DNA from: a virus
IMG/VR virus record: IMGVR_UViG_3300045946_000018
Location: 27,272 to 91,271 of that record
Strand: one strand, 5' to 3'
DNA length: 64,000 nucleotides
The notes below the pieces were generated by a model that saw only the letters and a list, made by a program, of their open reading frames with translations, was not told where the DNA came from and ran no database searches. Made by a program: the position numbers and the translations under genes. Positions 46,422-57,300 of this stretch are shown here, one piece after another (the stretch's first letter is position 1; each line of letters begins with the position of its first letter).

Positions 46422-47241
46422 ATTCAGTGAGGATGAAGCAGAACGATTACGTAAAGAGTACCGTTCGAATGTACGCCAAAAGAAAATCAATATTCTTTTG
46501 ACTGGCGAATCGGGTACGGGTAAAACGCATTTAGCGCGAACTGCGCGCAGACCTGTCCATATTGATTCGTTTGATCCAGGGGGGACAAAAAATCTACTTG
46601 ACTTGGAGGAGAAAGGAGATATTATTATTGATTCGGAATACGAGAATGAAGATCCCGAGAAGCCATCTAAATTTAAAAGATGGAAAGATATGTTCGAGTT
46701 TAGAAACTCTCGACATTACTTTGATAAAATCGGGACGTACTTTCTTGATTCATCCACTATGTGGAGCGAGGCAGTAATGAATTATGTACTGCTTGCTGCG
46801 AAGAGACCTGGCACCGCACCGCTGTGGAATAGAGATTACATTCCACAAAAGGTAGAGATTCATAAAGCAATGCGCCAAATTATGAATCTACCATGCGATG
46901 TAATTGTTACCGGACATTTACGACCAGTTAATGAGAACCGAACAATAGATGGTGAAGATACACCAGTTTTAACTGGCTATCGCTATCTATCTACAGGCCA
47001 AGGGAGTATTATCATTCCGCTTATGTTCGATGAAATTTGGGTGAGTTTAGCTGAGGTAGTTGGACAAAAAGTTAGATATTCTATTCTAACTCAGAAGTGG
47101 GATTTATACCTCGCTAAAACTCGCATTGGTAGAGACAAATTTGAAATGAAGGAGGTGCCGGATATAAAGAAACTGTTGGCTAAAGTTGGCTTGGATTGGG
47201 AAGATAAACCGAAACTTGGAGGTAATTCGAATGCCGCGTAA
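46414..47241 (+). CDS. AAA_24 / Sak4-like recombination ATPase
   Basis: GESGTGKT Walker A, FLDS Walker B, VIVTGH, FDE, AKTR. Confidence 0.8.
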   Translation: MSEFSEDEAERLRKEYRSNVRQKKINILLTGESGTGKTHLARTARRPVHIDSFDPGGTKNLLDLEEKGDIIIDSEYENEDPEKPSKFKRWKDMFEFRNSRHYFDKIGTYFLDSSTMWSEAVMNYVLLAAKRPGTAPLWNRDYIPQKVEIHKAMRQIMNLPCDVIVTGHLRPVNENRTIDGEDTPVLTGYRYLSTGQGSIIIPLMFDEIWVSLAEVVGQKVRYSILTQKWDLYLAKTRIGRDKFEMKEVPDIKKLLAKVGLDWEDKPKLGGNSNAA

Positions 47242-47731
47242 GCCTCGAATGACGGATGAAGAAAATTTTCGTGGTGATAAACTAAATGGTACAACACCAA
47301 CTACTTTAGAACGGAGTTCTAAAATGCCGATGATTGATCCAACCGAACTCGAAATGGACGACATCCACGAAACCTATGTAATGCCAGATAACACTGAGGC
47401 AAAGCTAAAGGTTTTACAAGTGTCGCGCCAAGAGCGTGATGATGGTCAAATTTACTATGTCTGCACCCATGAAATTATGGGTGAAGATTACGCTGAAGAG
47501 GTGGCAGATTTTATTTATATGCCACACGCCTCGGCACAAACAGCAAAGCAGCGTAATAAAACAAAAACGCGTTTGCGCGATTATACCACCTGCTTTGATT
47601 TGGATATATCCAGGCCATTTAATCCTGTGGATGACTGGCCAGGAGCTGAGGGCACAGTTATATTGGGTGTACGTGATGATGCTAAGTATGGTAAGCGTAA
47701 CACCATTAAGGAGTTTCGCCGACCACGGTAA
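47231..47731 (+). CDS. Putative ssDNA-binding protein
   Basis: GGAGG SD before MPRKPR; homologue of 42-578. Confidence 0.6.
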   Translation: MPRKPRMTDEENFRGDKLNGTTPTTLERSSKMPMIDPTELEMDDIHETYVMPDNTEAKLKVLQVSRQERDDGQIYYVCTHEIMGEDYAEEVADFIYMPHASAQTAKQRNKTKTRLRDYTTCFDLDISRPFNPVDDWPGAEGTVILGVRDDAKYGKRNTIKEFRRPR

Positions 47732-47801
47732 TTTATAGTTAAGCTTGTCGTAGCTTCGAACTCTGCGGAGTTCGAGGTTACGATAAGTTTTGGAGAATAA
47801 A

Positions 47802-48041
47802 ATGACAAAAGCATGGAAACCTAGAATAACTGTAGAAGTTTCGGAGCATCAATACAATATACTAAAGGAGCATATTCCATATGGTATGCAGAAGCAAGTG
47901 TTCGGGGTTATAATTGAAGACCTAATCAATTTACTAGAGCGCTACGGACATGATGTTATCTTAGCAATTCTATCAAGGCAATTTTCCTTGCTTGAGCAGT
48001 ACCGTAAGAAGCGGACTATAGAACTGCTAAGCGTATCCTAA
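47802..48041 (+). CDS. Small protein, possible ribbon-helix-helix
   Basis: Homologue of 631-852. Confidence 0.6.
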   Translation: MTKAWKPRITVEVSEHQYNILKEHIPYGMQKQVFGVIIEDLINLLERYGHDVILAILSRQFSLLEQYRKKRTIELLSVS

Positions 48042-48052
48042 AAGGATAAAGC

Positions 48053-48277
48053 ATGAACATCTACGACCTACCCATTCCGAACTTTGGGGAATTGAATGAC
48101 GAATCTGCCCTGAAGTTAATTTTAGAGGTAAGGCGGAGACGACGAATCAGTTTACCACGCGAAATAAAAGTAAAGGAACCTTCTGCACGTAAAGTGCAGA
48201 AAAAGTCTGCTAATTCTGTATTGCGTGGTTTAACCCGTGAGCAGATACAAGAGTTGTTGGATAAGTTGCGTGCTTAG
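48053..48277 (+). CDS. Hypothetical protein
   Basis: Homologue of 1061-1270. Confidence 0.7.
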   Translation: MNIYDLPIPNFGELNDESALKLILEVRRRRRISLPREIKVKEPSARKVQKKSANSVLRGLTREQIQELLDKLRA

Positions 48278-48371
48278 GCGCTTCCGCGCCGCGCGCTACG
48301 ATTGAACTATGCATAACCTGTTCCAGTGTTAAAATTTTAATTGCGTCTAATCGACGCTAGGAGATTAGAAT

Positions 48372-49805
48372 ATGGACTTCGGCCACCACACCGACTTAAA
48401 ACGTAATTTATTGGCGGCACATAATGCGTTACAGCTAATGGGTCCATTACCCAAAGTTGATATGGGGAGATTAGAAATTGTACCATTCGAGGATTTAATT
48501 TGTCAATATGAATTACGTTATAGGGAGGAGTACGGTGACCACAAAGAGTTAATCGATTTAGCATTGAATATAGCTAAGTATGGATTGATCCATCCAATAA
48601 GTGTATACTCAGAGTCGGGATTACCTCCATATACAGTATTGGCTGGAGGTCGTCGAGTCGCGGTATGCCGTGAAATACTCGAACTTGAAGAAATTTCGTG
48701 TCGAATATTTTGTACCAAAAAATCCACCGAGGAACTTCGTGCAATAGAGTATTACGAAAATACAATGCGAAAAGATTTTACCTGGCAAGAAACAGATAGT
48801 ATGCGTAGGCTGTTACATTTAAGTTTAGTCGAAATGAAAGGCGAGAAAATTGCGCGTAGTGTAGACGACCCAGGCCATTCGCAAGCAGATACCGCAAAAC
48901 TATTAGGTGTTAGTAAAGCAACTGTATCCAACTCCATTCGGCGCGCTGAAATTATGGAGGCGATGCCGCAACTTGGCATACAAAATTCCAAGAACGCTTT
49001 CGAAGCGGATAAGAAGATTCGTGTTGCCGCGCAAATGGTTAAAGCACAAACTCAGGCCGAGCCTATACCACAGACTATGCCGGCTAAAGTCAAGATGATT
49101 CTTGATTCGTATATACGAGGCAATTTCTTTGATAATAAATTTCCCGATGAAAGTTTTAATTTTCTCGAAGTGGACCCGCCGTACGGAATTAACTTAGCAA
49201 AGAATCGCTTCTATGATCCAGACGAAATAATGGACATGAAAAATTATGTTGAGCCAATAAAAGAGGATTATCCAGAGTTTCTGGAGCAATTGGTGCATGA
49301 ATGTTGGCGGCTAGGGGCGAAGGATAGTTGGATAATTATATGGCACTCAGTTTCGTGGGGTGAATTAATACGCGAACTCCTGGTTAAACGTGGATATAAA
49401 GTTCCACATAATGGTGGAATATGGAAGAAAGGGGGTAATCCAGGCTACAGTAATCACGTTGATACAATTTTAGGACATGCCCACGAGCGATTTATTTATG
49501 CTCGGAAGGGTGGTGCAATGTTACATAACAAAGGACGTAGCGATGTATTCGACCATCCACCAGTTAATCCACAGCAGCGTATTCATCCAACAGAGAAACC
49601 CATGTCATTAATGAAAGATATTCTACAAACATTCTGCTTTGGTGGGCACAGAGTTTTAGTCCCGTTCGCCGGAAGTGGTAACACAATACTTGCGGCGTAT
49701 GATTACGGCATGAGTGCACGCGGATTTGATTTGTCTCAAGTGTTCTTTGCAGGATACTTTAAGCGGGTTATGCAAAACTACGCACAAATGGAGTTAGGCG
49801 AATGA
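48372..49805 (+). CDS. ParB-CTPase/HTH-DNA methyltransferase fusion
   Basis: GLIHPI, AGGRR, ENTMR; HTH SQADTAKLLGVSKATV; DPPY, HPTEKP, PFAGSG. Confidence 0.85.
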   Translation: MDFGHHTDLKRNLLAAHNALQLMGPLPKVDMGRLEIVPFEDLICQYELRYREEYGDHKELIDLALNIAKYGLIHPISVYSESGLPPYTVLAGGRRVAVCREILELEEISCRIFCTKKSTEELRAIEYYENTMRKDFTWQETDSMRRLLHLSLVEMKGEKIARSVDDPGHSQADTAKLLGVSKATVSNSIRRAEIMEAMPQLGIQNSKNAFEADKKIRVAAQMVKAQTQAEPIPQTMPAKVKMILDSYIRGNFFDNKFPDESFNFLEVDPPYGINLAKNRFYDPDEIMDMKNYVEPIKEDYPEFLEQLVHECWRLGAKDSWIIIWHSVSWGELIRELLVKRGYKVPHNGGIWKKGGNPGYSNHVDTILGHAHERFIYARKGGAMLHNKGRSDVFDHPPVNPQQRIHPTEKPMSLMKDILQTFCFGGHRVLVPFAGSGNTILAAYDYGMSARGFDLSQVFFAGYFKRVMQNYAQMELGE

Positions 49806-50137
49806 TGAACTTTGGCGATTACCAAGTGTTGGCTCGGCGTACAAGCAAATTTAAAGTGGGAGAATCCCTGCGAGAAAACGTGCTTATGGCTGCACTAGGA
49901 TTAAGCGGAGAAGTTGGCGAATTAAATGACAGAATTAAAAAAATGTTTTATCATCAACACCCAACTAGTCGCGCAGATATTGAAGATGAGTTAGGTGATA
50001 TACTTTGGTATTTATCTGAGATGTGTTCCGCGCTTAGTTTCAACCTACAGGTTATCGCCTACAGAAATATAGAGAAATTAGAAAAGCGTTATCCAGATGG
50101 TTTCGATTCAGAGCGAAGCATAAATCGCGGAGAATAG
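49802..50137 (+). CDS. mazG: MazG-like nucleotide pyrophosphohydrolase
   Basis: LGLSGEVGEL, DELGDILWY, NIEKLEKRYPDGF. Confidence 0.9.
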   Translation: MMNFGDYQVLARRTSKFKVGESLRENVLMAALGLSGEVGELNDRIKKMFYHQHPTSRADIEDELGDILWYLSEMCSALSFNLQVIAYRNIEKLEKRYPDGFDSERSINRGE

Positions 50138-50139
50138 TT

Positions 50140-50382
50140 ATGGAGCGACGGGGTTATGTTGGACTGACATTTACCACGTTAGAATTAGCGGAGTTAGTCC
50201 AGGCAATTGAATGGCATGATGCTTCGCTTATGTTATTAGAGGAGACGCTTGAAGAAGATCCAACATTTAGTGATGCGCTTGAAACAATAGCTCGGCGACG
50301 CGAAGTAGTACAGCAAGTACGAAATAAAATTCGCCAAATCGTAGTAAATGGTTCGTATCCGCGGAGATACAGAGCGAATTAA
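50140..50382 (+). CDS. Hypothetical protein
   Basis: GGAG SD; helical hairpin. Confidence 0.55.
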   Translation: MERRGYVGLTFTTLELAELVQAIEWHDASLMLLEETLEEDPTFSDALETIARRREVVQQVRNKIRQIVVNGSYPRRYRAN

Positions 50383-50635
50383 AATTTAAACGATGGAGAA
50401 TAAAATGTTAAATAATTTATGGGATTATGTTTTGGGCTTTATTTTTTGGGCAATAATGATATATATTATGTCACTATTATAAGGAGGTTAAATTGGAAAA
50501 TATAGAAGCTAGAATAATCCGTTTGGAACTGACAGTACGGCAGTTATTGATGTTACTGATACGAACTTTAGATATTAGTAGGGAAGAAGATTTATTAACT
50601 TTATATCATAGACTAATACGGAAGGACTAACTGCT

Positions 50636-53113
50636 ATGCCTAGTACATTTGTACCGCCGAGCGGACGCCTGGATGCACAATTCGTTATTATTGGTGAGCA
50701 GCCTGGTAAACAAGAAGTGCTGCGTGGTCAGCCATTTGTTGGTCCAGCAGGAGAAAATTTAAATGAGTGCTTACATGCAGCGGATATATTACGCAGTAAG
50801 TGTTACTTAACTAATGTGGTAAAAGATTTCGATCATCCACTTAAATATTATTTCCCCACTTTAATCGGAGGTAAAAAAGAGAAAGTTGAAATAAGTGCTG
50901 CGGGATACGAATATATAAATAAATTGCGCCAAGAATTGGCGCAGACCTCAGCCAATGTAATAATTCCATGTGGGAATGTGGCACTATATGCGCTAACTAA
51001 TCGCGTTGGTATAACCAACTGGCGTGGTAGCATATTAGAATCCACACTTCTACCCGGTAGAAAAGTTATTCCTACATTCCACCCTGCTACTTATACACAA
51101 GAGAAATTATACGCCGAACCAGAGAACTATTTAAATAAGTATTTAATTATACTTGATTTAAAGAAAGCTCTGCGCGAAAGTTATTATCCAGAAATACTCA
51201 ACACTCCACGTAAGCTACATACTAAGCCTGATTACCATGATGTATTACTTTACTTACAACGATGTAAGGTTGCTGGCTATGGCGGTATCACTATATGGTT
51301 TGATATTGAACTTACACCTAAAACACAAGAGTTATCCTGCATAAGTTTTACTTTAAGTGATGGCGAGTGTATGTGTATACCATTTGTCGATTCGAAAGGA
51401 GATTATTGGGACAGCGAGCAAGAAATGATAATAATGAAACACATAGCTGATTTACTAGGTAATCCTGAAATTAAGAAAGGTGGACAAAATATTATATTTG
51501 ATTCGCATTTCCTTTTGAAGAAGTACGGCATCCGTACTTCTAATTTAGATGACACGATGATAGCACAGAAAATATTGTACCCTGAATTTCGCGTCGGGTT
51601 AAACTTTATTACCGCGATGTGGACTGACATTCCATATTACAAGGCTGAGGGTAAAATTTGGTTGGAAGGTACAGGTGAATATCAGCGTGGTTGGGAATAT
51701 AACTGCTACGATTCGTTTAGTTGTGCAAGTGCATTCCCACGCCAATTTTTAGAATTACATGACAGGGGAAATATTGGCGCATATTTCTCCAAGAGAAATG
51801 TTATTGAGCCATTCACCTATATGATGGAACATGGAATTAAAGTTGATTTACAGGGTATGAGCCTCGCACGAGACACCAATAAACAACAGCTAGAAATGTT
51901 AGAAGAAAAATTTAAATCCCACGTTGGTGCGGATATTAATATTAACTCGCCAAAACAATTAATGGATTATTTCTATGTTAAGTGTGCTGTCCCTCCGTAT
52001 ATGGAGGAACAAAAACTAACGACAAATATTCGGGCACTCCATCATATAAAACGTAGTGGACATTGTGTAGAAGAATGCGATATATTACTCCAATATCGTA
52101 AACTACATAAACAGCTCGGCACATATTTAAATTTAGAAAACGTGGACGCGGATGGTAGAATACGCTGCTCGTATAATCCCGTTGGCACCAAGTATGGCCG
52201 AGCAAGTAGTTCTAAAAATATATTTGGCACAGGTTTAAATCTACAAAATGTTGCGCCTGAAATGGCGGAATACTTAATTGCTGATGATGGGTACATTATT
52301 TATTCCATGGATTTATCCCAATATGAAAATCGTATTGTTGCGTACGTTGGTCAAATTCCTGAAATGGTACGCGTATTTGAGGAGGGTTTAGATTCGCATA
52401 GAATGACCGGGAGCTTGATATTTAATAAGCCCTACGAGTTAATTAGCGATGAACCAAACTCTTGTTCCATCGGCAACGGCGATGGAAGTGAACGCGATTG
52501 GGCTAAGCGATGTAATCATGCGTTTAATTATGGAATGGGATGGCGTAGAATGAGTCAGCTGTATGAAATACCTGGTAACGAGGCAAAATGGTTGCACTCT
52601 GCCTACCATAAAGCCTACCCACGCTTAGAACACGGCTATTGGAAACACGTACAAGATTCGCTTAAATCAAATCGAACAACTCGAAATTTATTGGGTCGGC
52701 AAATAATGTTTCTTATGCCTTGGGGAGATAAAATGTTACACAACGCGTATTCTAGTATTCCACAATCGACATGTGCGGATGTAATTGATTCGCGCGGCAT
52801 TGCCTTCACGTATTACAACGAGGCCCCGCACTTCCGAACGGTAGAATTGTTGACTCAAGTACATGATTCAATTGCATTTCAAATGCCCCTATCGACGCCA
52901 ATAATCGATCATGCTAAAGTAATTCTAGATATAAAGGCTTCGCTAGAAACACCTCTTGTTTGGCATAGCCAAACAATAAATACTCCAGTTGATTTGGTTG
53001 TGGGTAAAAATTTGAATAAACGTTCAAATTATTCGAAGAAAGTTAGCTTGATTAATACGAATATAGATGCACTGGCGTATGCGCTAAAGGAGACACACAT
53101 GAAACTTACTTAA
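50636..53113 (+). CDS. polA: UDG-like / 3'-5' exo / family A DNA polymerase
   Basis: IGEQPG, FHPA; FDIE; DLSQYENR, KRCNHAFNYG, QVHDS. Confidence 0.92.
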   Translation: MPSTFVPPSGRLDAQFVIIGEQPGKQEVLRGQPFVGPAGENLNECLHAADILRSKCYLTNVVKDFDHPLKYYFPTLIGGKKEKVEISAAGYEYINKLRQELAQTSANVIIPCGNVALYALTNRVGITNWRGSILESTLLPGRKVIPTFHPATYTQEKLYAEPENYLNKYLIILDLKKALRESYYPEILNTPRKLHTKPDYHDVLLYLQRCKVAGYGGITIWFDIELTPKTQELSCISFTLSDGECMCIPFVDSKGDYWDSEQEMIIMKHIADLLGNPEIKKGGQNIIFDSHFLLKKYGIRTSNLDDTMIAQKILYPEFRVGLNFITAMWTDIPYYKAEGKIWLEGTGEYQRGWEYNCYDSFSCASAFPRQFLELHDRGNIGAYFSKRNVIEPFTYMMEHGIKVDLQGMSLARDTNKQQLEMLEEKFKSHVGADININSPKQLMDYFYVKCAVPPYMEEQKLTTNIRALHHIKRSGHCVEECDILLQYRKLHKQLGTYLNLENVDADGRIRCSYNPVGTKYGRASSSKNIFGTGLNLQNVAPEMAEYLIADDGYIIYSMDLSQYENRIVAYVGQIPEMVRVFEEGLDSHRMTGSLIFNKPYELISDEPNSCSIGNGDGSERDWAKRCNHAFNYGMGWRRMSQLYEIPGNEAKWLHSAYHKAYPRLEHGYWKHVQDSLKSNRTTRNLLGRQIMFLMPWGDKMLHNAYSSIPQSTCADVIDSRGIAFTYYNEAPHFRTVELLTQVHDSIAFQMPLSTPIIDHAKVILDIKASLETPLVWHSQTINTPVDLVVGKNLNKRSNYSKKVSLINTNIDALAYALKETHMKLT

Positions 53114-53122
53114 GGAGAAAAC

Positions 53123-54283
53123 ATGGACTGGCTAACAGATTATTTACGCCTAACCGACAACACTGAACCGCCAGAAATATTTAGACGGTGGGTTGGCATT
53201 TCATGTTTGGCCAGTGTGCTACAACGAAAGGTATACTTGCCTCGCAGCGATGATTTGGTAATTTATCCAAATCTCTATATCGTGTTAGTCGCGCCACCTG
53301 GCAAAGCGCGCAAAGGAACGAGTATGAAAGTGGGATTTAAATTGTTAACTGAACCCGCTATGCAAGTCGTTCTCTCTGCCGAGGCAACTACGCGTGAAGC
53401 GTTGATTCGATCTTTGAATAATGCTAGACTGTTTTATCGGAATGAAGATGGTCTTGAAACTCCACACTCTAGTCTAACAATTTATTCACCTGAACTCGCG
53501 GTATTCCTCGGTAATGGCTCCACACAAATGTTCTCGGATTTAACTGATTGGTATGATTGCCGCGATATTTGGAACTATGAAACGAAACAGCGTGATACGA
53601 GTGATTCAATCGTAAACGTGTGGGTAAATATGATTGGCGCAACTACACCCGCATTAATACAGAAAACCATACCTCCGGATGCAATTGGGGGTGGGTTAAG
53701 CTCTCGAATAATATTTATCTACGCGAATCGAAAAGGTAAAATTGTACCAAATCCTCGTACCACTGAATTGGAACGTGAACTTCGAGCAGAATTATTGACG
53801 CGACTTGAGGAGATTCATTTACTTACTGGACCATTCGCTACTACACCAGCATATGATGAACTTTGGGATAAATGGTATACAAGTGTGGAAGATAATCCAC
53901 CATTCCAAGATGATAAATTTGCTGGTTATTTCGAACGTCGGCCAGAGATGGTGTTAAAATTGTCTATTATTATGCACGTATCGCGCGAAGCTAGTATGAT
54001 TATTGATGATATAGATTTGGCATTGGCAATTAAAACGCTCGAACATGCCGAGGTACATATGCCTAAAGCACTACGCGGCGTTGGACAAAACTCGTATGCA
54101 ACTGTAATTGCTAGAGTAATTGAAGTAGTTTCGCGCGCTGGTTCGATAAAGTACGGCGAGTTGTTGGGATTATTTTTGGATGATGTTATGCCACATGAAT
54201 TCGATGATATATTGGTGTCACTTGAGAAAACTGGTTGCTTAAATTGGTTTCAGAATACAGGGGAGATTAGATTAGCGGATTAG
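53123..54283 (+). CDS. DUF3987-like P-loop ATPase (putative helicase)
   Basis: YPNLYIVLVAPPGKARKGT; homologue of 5772-6971. Confidence 0.65.
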   Translation: MDWLTDYLRLTDNTEPPEIFRRWVGISCLASVLQRKVYLPRSDDLVIYPNLYIVLVAPPGKARKGTSMKVGFKLLTEPAMQVVLSAEATTREALIRSLNNARLFYRNEDGLETPHSSLTIYSPELAVFLGNGSTQMFSDLTDWYDCRDIWNYETKQRDTSDSIVNVWVNMIGATTPALIQKTIPPDAIGGGLSSRIIFIYANRKGKIVPNPRTTELERELRAELLTRLEEIHLLTGPFATTPAYDELWDKWYTSVEDNPPFQDDKFAGYFERRPEMVLKLSIIMHVSREASMIIDDIDLALAIKTLEHAEVHMPKALRGVGQNSYATVIARVIEVVSRAGSIKYGELLGLFLDDVMPHEFDDILVSLEKTGCLNWFQNTGEIRLAD

Positions 54284-54307
54284 GTTCCAGTGTTAAAATT
54301 TTAAATC

Positions 54308-54332
54308 GGAGGGAAGCTAACAACTTCCCTCC
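54308..54332. terminator. Stem-loop between convergent operons
   Basis: ggagggaag/cttccctcc. Confidence 0.6.
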
Positions 54333-54334
54333 AC

Positions 54335-57300
54335 TTACCTTACCCCACCTAAACTCGGTCGATCATCCCGATTAGATTTAAACGATTGTGTGTTCTTCTT
54401 CTCTGGCGCGAAGAACATCTTATCTATTTGCAGTCCACCAGGCACTAAACTGCGCAGAACTGTTCTAGGTAAACTTGTACCTTCTTCACCAATTAATGCT
54501 CGGCCCATACTCGAAATAAATCCCGCTGTTGGTCCTCCGAGCTGCCCGCCTCGAACTTTCAGCGAACTAGCAAATGGAATAATCTTAGCCGCCTCACCCA
54601 ACGTACTACCAAGCCCAAGCTCAACGAGATAACTTAACTCGCTCTGATTCGGCTCAGGTCCACGCAATAATGTCCGTGTAAATGCTAAAGGCGGATTTGG
54701 CAGAGGTGATGTACCCTCGCCCATATCTTCCATTAGGAAGTTGAGTATAGTTCCAGCACCAAGAAACTTTAGCACATTACCCACCACCTGTTTATTGGTC
54801 ATATTTTTGTTAGCTATACCCAACACTTGACTGGTTATCATATCATAATTATTAATCGCAAATGTTTGAAACTGCGTTAGTGCACGACCCCACTGCTTAC
54901 GTTGAATTGGAGCACGCTCACCGCGAAGTGCACTGCCTTGAGTTAGCGTAACTGCATCGTCCGCTATATTAAATGCAGCTTCGCCAGTTTTACCCGCCTT
55001 CAGCGCGAAATCATATCCAACATCCCAACTAATATCTGCAGCAATTTGGTCAGTAAATCTAAGCCCCCGTGTACCTACATCACCAAGGTATGTGCTAGCT
55101 CGCTGTGCGGCCTCTCCTGCGCGTCGAGTCAATCTATTCTGCTGGAGTAAATTTTCTAATACTCCCGCGCCAGCTTCATCAAAGTATATATCCGGATTAC
55201 GCACGTCCAAACTTTTAGAATGTTCCCGCCTAAATTTCATCTTAGGATGACCCGGCGTAGCTAAATCGGCCATATATCCCAATGTAGCTTGGATTGTTCT
55301 ACCATAACCATACAGCTGCCCTGTGTTTAGCAGGCCCAATGGCTGAATAGCTATGGAAGATATATTACCTGCTATTTGCGAATTACCTAAACTTCGACCA
55401 ATTGAGAATAGTATACTGTTCCAGGGTGATGGAATAGATTGTTCAGGCTTACCTGCGATGTGATTATTCCACTCACTTATCACCTTGTACAGTTCAGGCT
55501 TCTCCACCGACATACGCCAAGTATTACCCGTAGTTGGATCAATAATAGGCGTGTCGATTAATTCGTGCACTTTAGCTACGAATGGACCCAAGTGTATTTG
55601 TCGCAGCGCATAATCTACATAATTCTCTAGTATATCAAACACGTTCATCTCAGCTGGAAATACACCACCTCGCCTAGTACGCTCCATTGGAAATGGGGTG
55701 TTCTTTAAATTTGCGAAGCGTTGGTTCTGCAAAGCTGCAGTGTCCTCAACAATGCTAGTTTTTATACCAAATGCTTCATCTAAATTAGTCGCACGCATAT
55801 GAGTAATATAGTGTGTTACATAGTCCATCGGACCTCGACCGGTATTAGATCTCACTTCCTGTGCACGTCCAAACAAATCGTCGAATATACCCCGAACAAA
55901 TGCTTCAACAGTTAATTCCTTTGCTGTAATTGGTCGAGGTTCTACATTCGATTCAATTAAAAGATCAATCGAACCTTCATTCAAGAACATATCCGCCCCA
56001 ATTGCGCGCTGTTGTTCCTCAGAGAATTGGCGTCGGATACGCTTAATTGCCTTCATATAATCTGCGCGATCCTTAATTAAATTTTGCTCCACTCCTCTAT
56101 ACGCATGTACAATATCACCCTGACCAGCGGCAAGTAGCTTACGTGCTAAAGTCTGGAAACTTTCAGGCCGAGTCACCTTCTGAAAATTAGTTAGCTGTGC
56201 TCGCGGAGTTAAATCATCTACCGAAGCTACCGCAAACCAATCGTTAAAATAAATCTCTGGTCTGTGCGTACCATCAACTTCGCCTTTCGTACGCTTTATA
56301 ACAAAGTCTCCGCGTAGCGAAGCCTCACTATCGAAGCCCATATTATTTAGGCTCATGTAAGGCTTAGGCGGAGGTGATTGCGATGATCTATTGTACTCCT
56401 CATAGATGGCTTTTTGGATTTCATTTAATCTTGGGTCGCGCCTAATTATTTGCATTATATCTTTACCAAATCGAATCGCATCATTCTTCAATTCATTAAA
56501 TGCCATACGCTGCTCTGGACCAATACCACCAGGATAAAATGCACCGAGAGTAGTTTCATCAGGCGTGGGGACTAAATTTTTAATCGACCGAAGTATTTGG
56601 TTATACGTGCGTCGATTCGGTGTTTCAATCTGGTCAGTGTGATACTTTAAAGCTCGGCGGTAAAGTTCACCAAGTTTAGGCGGCAACTCCGCGCTAATAT
56701 CTACACGATTCTCTAAATTCTGTTTGATTTGCTCATAAGTGTATGGGATAGTTTCGTGCTCGCCTGAAGCAACATATTCTGCACGTTGCTGTTGAGTTAA
56801 ATCCTTGGGTTGGCTCAAGTTACCGTCATTTAATTTTGCCGTTGCTTCAGTCAACCCGGTTGAATGATTACGCAGATAGTTCTGAGCATAGCTTGCTAGA
56901 GCTTCCGGAGTTTGCGGTATCTTACTAGACTCCGCACTCATAGCATTAAATTGTTGTTCAGTTAACTCGATTCCCTTTTGGCGTAAAAAGCGCGCTATAA
57001 CTAAATCTGGTTGAGGTACGCCATTAATAGCCGTAGCATTTCGCTGATATTCTTGGAATCGCGTAGGAGTTACAACTGCTTCAGTTGCAGGAGCACTAAT
57101 TTCCGAACGTAGAGTTTCTGGTTTAACGCTCAACCTTTCCGCAATACCTTGTATCATACTGCGCGCATCATTACGTTCACGTAGCGGCGCATTAGGATCA
57201 TTCAATATTCTATTTGCTTCATCGAGTACACCTTGCTGTTCAGGAGTAATTTTATTCGCTATAAGTTCCGGGCCAACTAAACCTGTCTTTTGTATCCGCG

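Noticed and set aside
50636-51200. UdgX-type covalent uracil trap
   Set aside because: GEQPG is present but the KRRIH loop with the reactive His is not
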